Source: Candidatus Amesbacteria bacterium GW2011_GWC1_47_15 (GTDB taxonomy: Bacteria > Patescibacteriota > Microgenomatia > CAZETR01 > Amesbacteraceae). Taken from it: a stretch of DNA of 60,290 bases. The notes under the pieces are model-generated. The model was not told where the DNA came from, searched no databases, and saw only the letters and a program-made list of their open reading frames with translations. The DNA is taken from positions 1 through 60,290 of the forward strand of contig LCNU01000015.1 in the NCBI GenBank assembly GCA_001001375.1, written 5' to 3'. The translations under genes and the position numbers were made by a program. Below, piece after piece: positions 59,174-60,290 of this stretch (the first letter of the stretch is position 1; the number at the start of each line of letters is the position of its first letter).

Positions 59174-60290
59174 ACCTGAAGCGTAAATTAATAATTGTCT
59201 TTTTTGCACTCGGTCTGGGGTGGGGATCGGTACAGACACAACGCGCGCAAGCTTATTCGTGCGGCGGACAAATTACCTGTATACAACAAGAGAACGGGAA
59301 TGAATACCTGGTCGCATGTTCCGGAACATCAAACTCCTGCGGCAACAATATAGGAAACTGCAATACTTCCTGCGCCTTAGGTGATAACCAGTCTGGATCT
59401 AATAACTGTGACACAACATGCTCGGGACTGCCGACATCTACCGGTATAAAAGATGGAGGTGGTCCATCGGATTCGCAGGCGCAGGGCAGTTTTGATGCGG
59501 TATTCCCTGCAGACTGTATGGTCGGAGGATGGGCGTGCGACGGGGATTATTACACGGCGGAATTGGCTATACATGTTTATATAAGCAGCACATTTATAAC
59601 CAGCGGAATAGCTGGAAACTATAGATCTGATTTGGGACCAGTATGCGGAGGAACTTTCGACCATTCTTTCGGAATATATCTACCACCCAGCTATAAAGAT
59701 GCTGTGTCCAGAAGTTATAACGTATATGCCATCGGAGTTACGGAAAACAATAATACCAGTGGAAATAATCCACTGCTTTCCGGTTCACCAAAAAGTATGG
59801 CCTGTTCCCTCTGTCCGGCACCCGGAAGCTTCACCGTTACCAAGCAGTGTAACGGAGGGACGCTGACGGGGATACTTGCGGACTGGGCTGCGGTGCCCGG
59901 GGGTTGCGGTGTAGATGATTATCCGGTACAGAGATGTACAGGGTCCGGATGCAGCAGTCCTACATTTTTAGGTACGGCAGAGGTACCAAACACTGCATAT
60001 ACGGATACCACTGCCTCGGAAGGGTCTACGTATGGCTACAGGGTCCGGGGACATGATGACGCTACGGGGTTATATACCTATTATACGTCTATTTTGTATA
60101 TTACTCCCAACTGTGTGGCGCCGACAGCCACTCCCACTCCGGCCATCAGCTGTTCCATTAGTTTCTCCCCTTCATCAGGGACCGCACCGCTGGCGACTAC
60201 CGGCACCTGCACGGTGTCGGGCGGCAGCGGGATCACCGATTACCGGTGGGACTCCTACAGCGACGGGACTTACGAACAATCCTCTTTGGA
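59170..60290 (+). CDS. secreted Cys-rich protein with FN3-like Cys module and PKD-like domain (3' partial, runs off the window)
   Basis: Not in the track because no stop lies in the window. I translated it from the ATG at 59170 (ATGA overlap with the previous stop), and it stays open to 60290. It has a signal peptide, a module homologous to aa 365-464 of the 992-aa ORF, then a PKD-like ISCSISFSPSSGTAPL...YRWDSYSDG. Confidence 0.75.
   Translation, partial: MNLKRKLIIVFFALGLGWGSVQTQRAQAYSCGGQITCIQQENGNEYLVACSGTSNSCGNNIGNCNTSCALGDNQSGSNNCDTTCSGLPTSTGIKDGGGPSDSQAQGSFDAVFPADCMVGGWACDGDYYTAELAIHVYISSTFITSGIAGNYRSDLGPVCGGTFDHSFGIYLPPSYKDAVSRSYNVYAIGVTENNNTSGNNPLLSGSPKSMACSLCPAPGSFTVTKQCNGGTLTGILADWAAVPGGCGVDDYPVQRCTGSGCSSPTFLGTAEVPNTAYTDTTASEGSTYGYRVRGHDDATGLYTYYTSILYITPNCVAPTATPTPAISCSISFSPSSGTAPLATTGTCTVSGGSGITDYRWDSYSDGTYEQSSL

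Noticed and set aside
1-60290. Alternative genetic code (UGA read as Gly/Trp, as in some CPR relatives).
   Set aside because: TGA terminates conserved proteins at their expected C-termini (recR at 52285-52287 and the 54623 ORF). Conserved genes contain no in-frame TGA except at the deletion-type junctions.
1-60290. Diversity-generating retroelement, retron, transposase, integrase or prophage.
   Set aside because: No reverse-transcriptase (YxDD), DDE or tyrosine-recombinase motifs appear in any frame I read. The only mobile-type gene is the NUMOD3/PD-(D/E)xK nuclease.

Overview
This 60.3-kb fragment reads like a compact, small-genome bacterium of the Candidate Phyla Radiation / Patescibacteria type. 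That is an inference from gene content: tightly packed housekeeping genes, a Wzy/O-antigen-ligase+TPR membrane protein, cohesin/dockerin surface proteins, a PilB-type ATPase and many short lineage-specific ORFs. The standard code applies, because TGA terminates conserved genes.

Housekeeping backbone recognised by motif:
- Ribosome and translation: rpmG (missed by the ORF track), rpmB, rpsB, tsf, frr, rpsU, fmt, def, cysS.
- Replication and DNA: topA, dnaX, ybaB, recR.
- tRNA modification: queA, tgt.
- Envelope and shape: galU, mreB, PBP2, two M50 site-2 proteases.
- Other: pilB/gspE-like ATPase, folD, ArsR, HAD hydrolase, two HIT proteins.
- RNA genes: four minus-strand tRNAs, namely Trp-CCA, Thr-GGU, Tyr-GUA and Thr-UGU.

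Points worth a second look:
1. A thymidylate-synthase-fold enzyme carries the Asn-to-Asp specificity switch typical of dCMP-modifying enzymes. It sits in a nucleotide and one-carbon gene cluster and converges on a dCMP-deaminase homolog.
2. Blocks of unknown ORFs interrupt normally adjacent housekeeping pairs: def|fmt, the Thr-Tyr-Thr tRNA operon, and rpmG|tRNA-Trp.
3. A roughly 215-nt strongly structured RNA candidate has its own -10 box and intrinsic terminator.
4. A dispersed family of 7-nt-periodic CAAT-type repeats is embedded in frame in unrelated conserved genes. Related CATTTA arrays sit in short intergenic spacers.
5. Two promoter-leader-terminator units abut start codons.
6. dnaX contains an E. 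coli-like A AAA AAG slippery heptamer.
7. At least six conserved genes are missing discrete segments (mreB, a methyltransferase, glyA twice, rseP, and the yqeY/ybeY boundary). This is either real decay or collapsed assembly gaps.

No CRISPR array, rRNA, reverse transcriptase or transposase was seen. All family calls are made by eye from motifs, with no database search.
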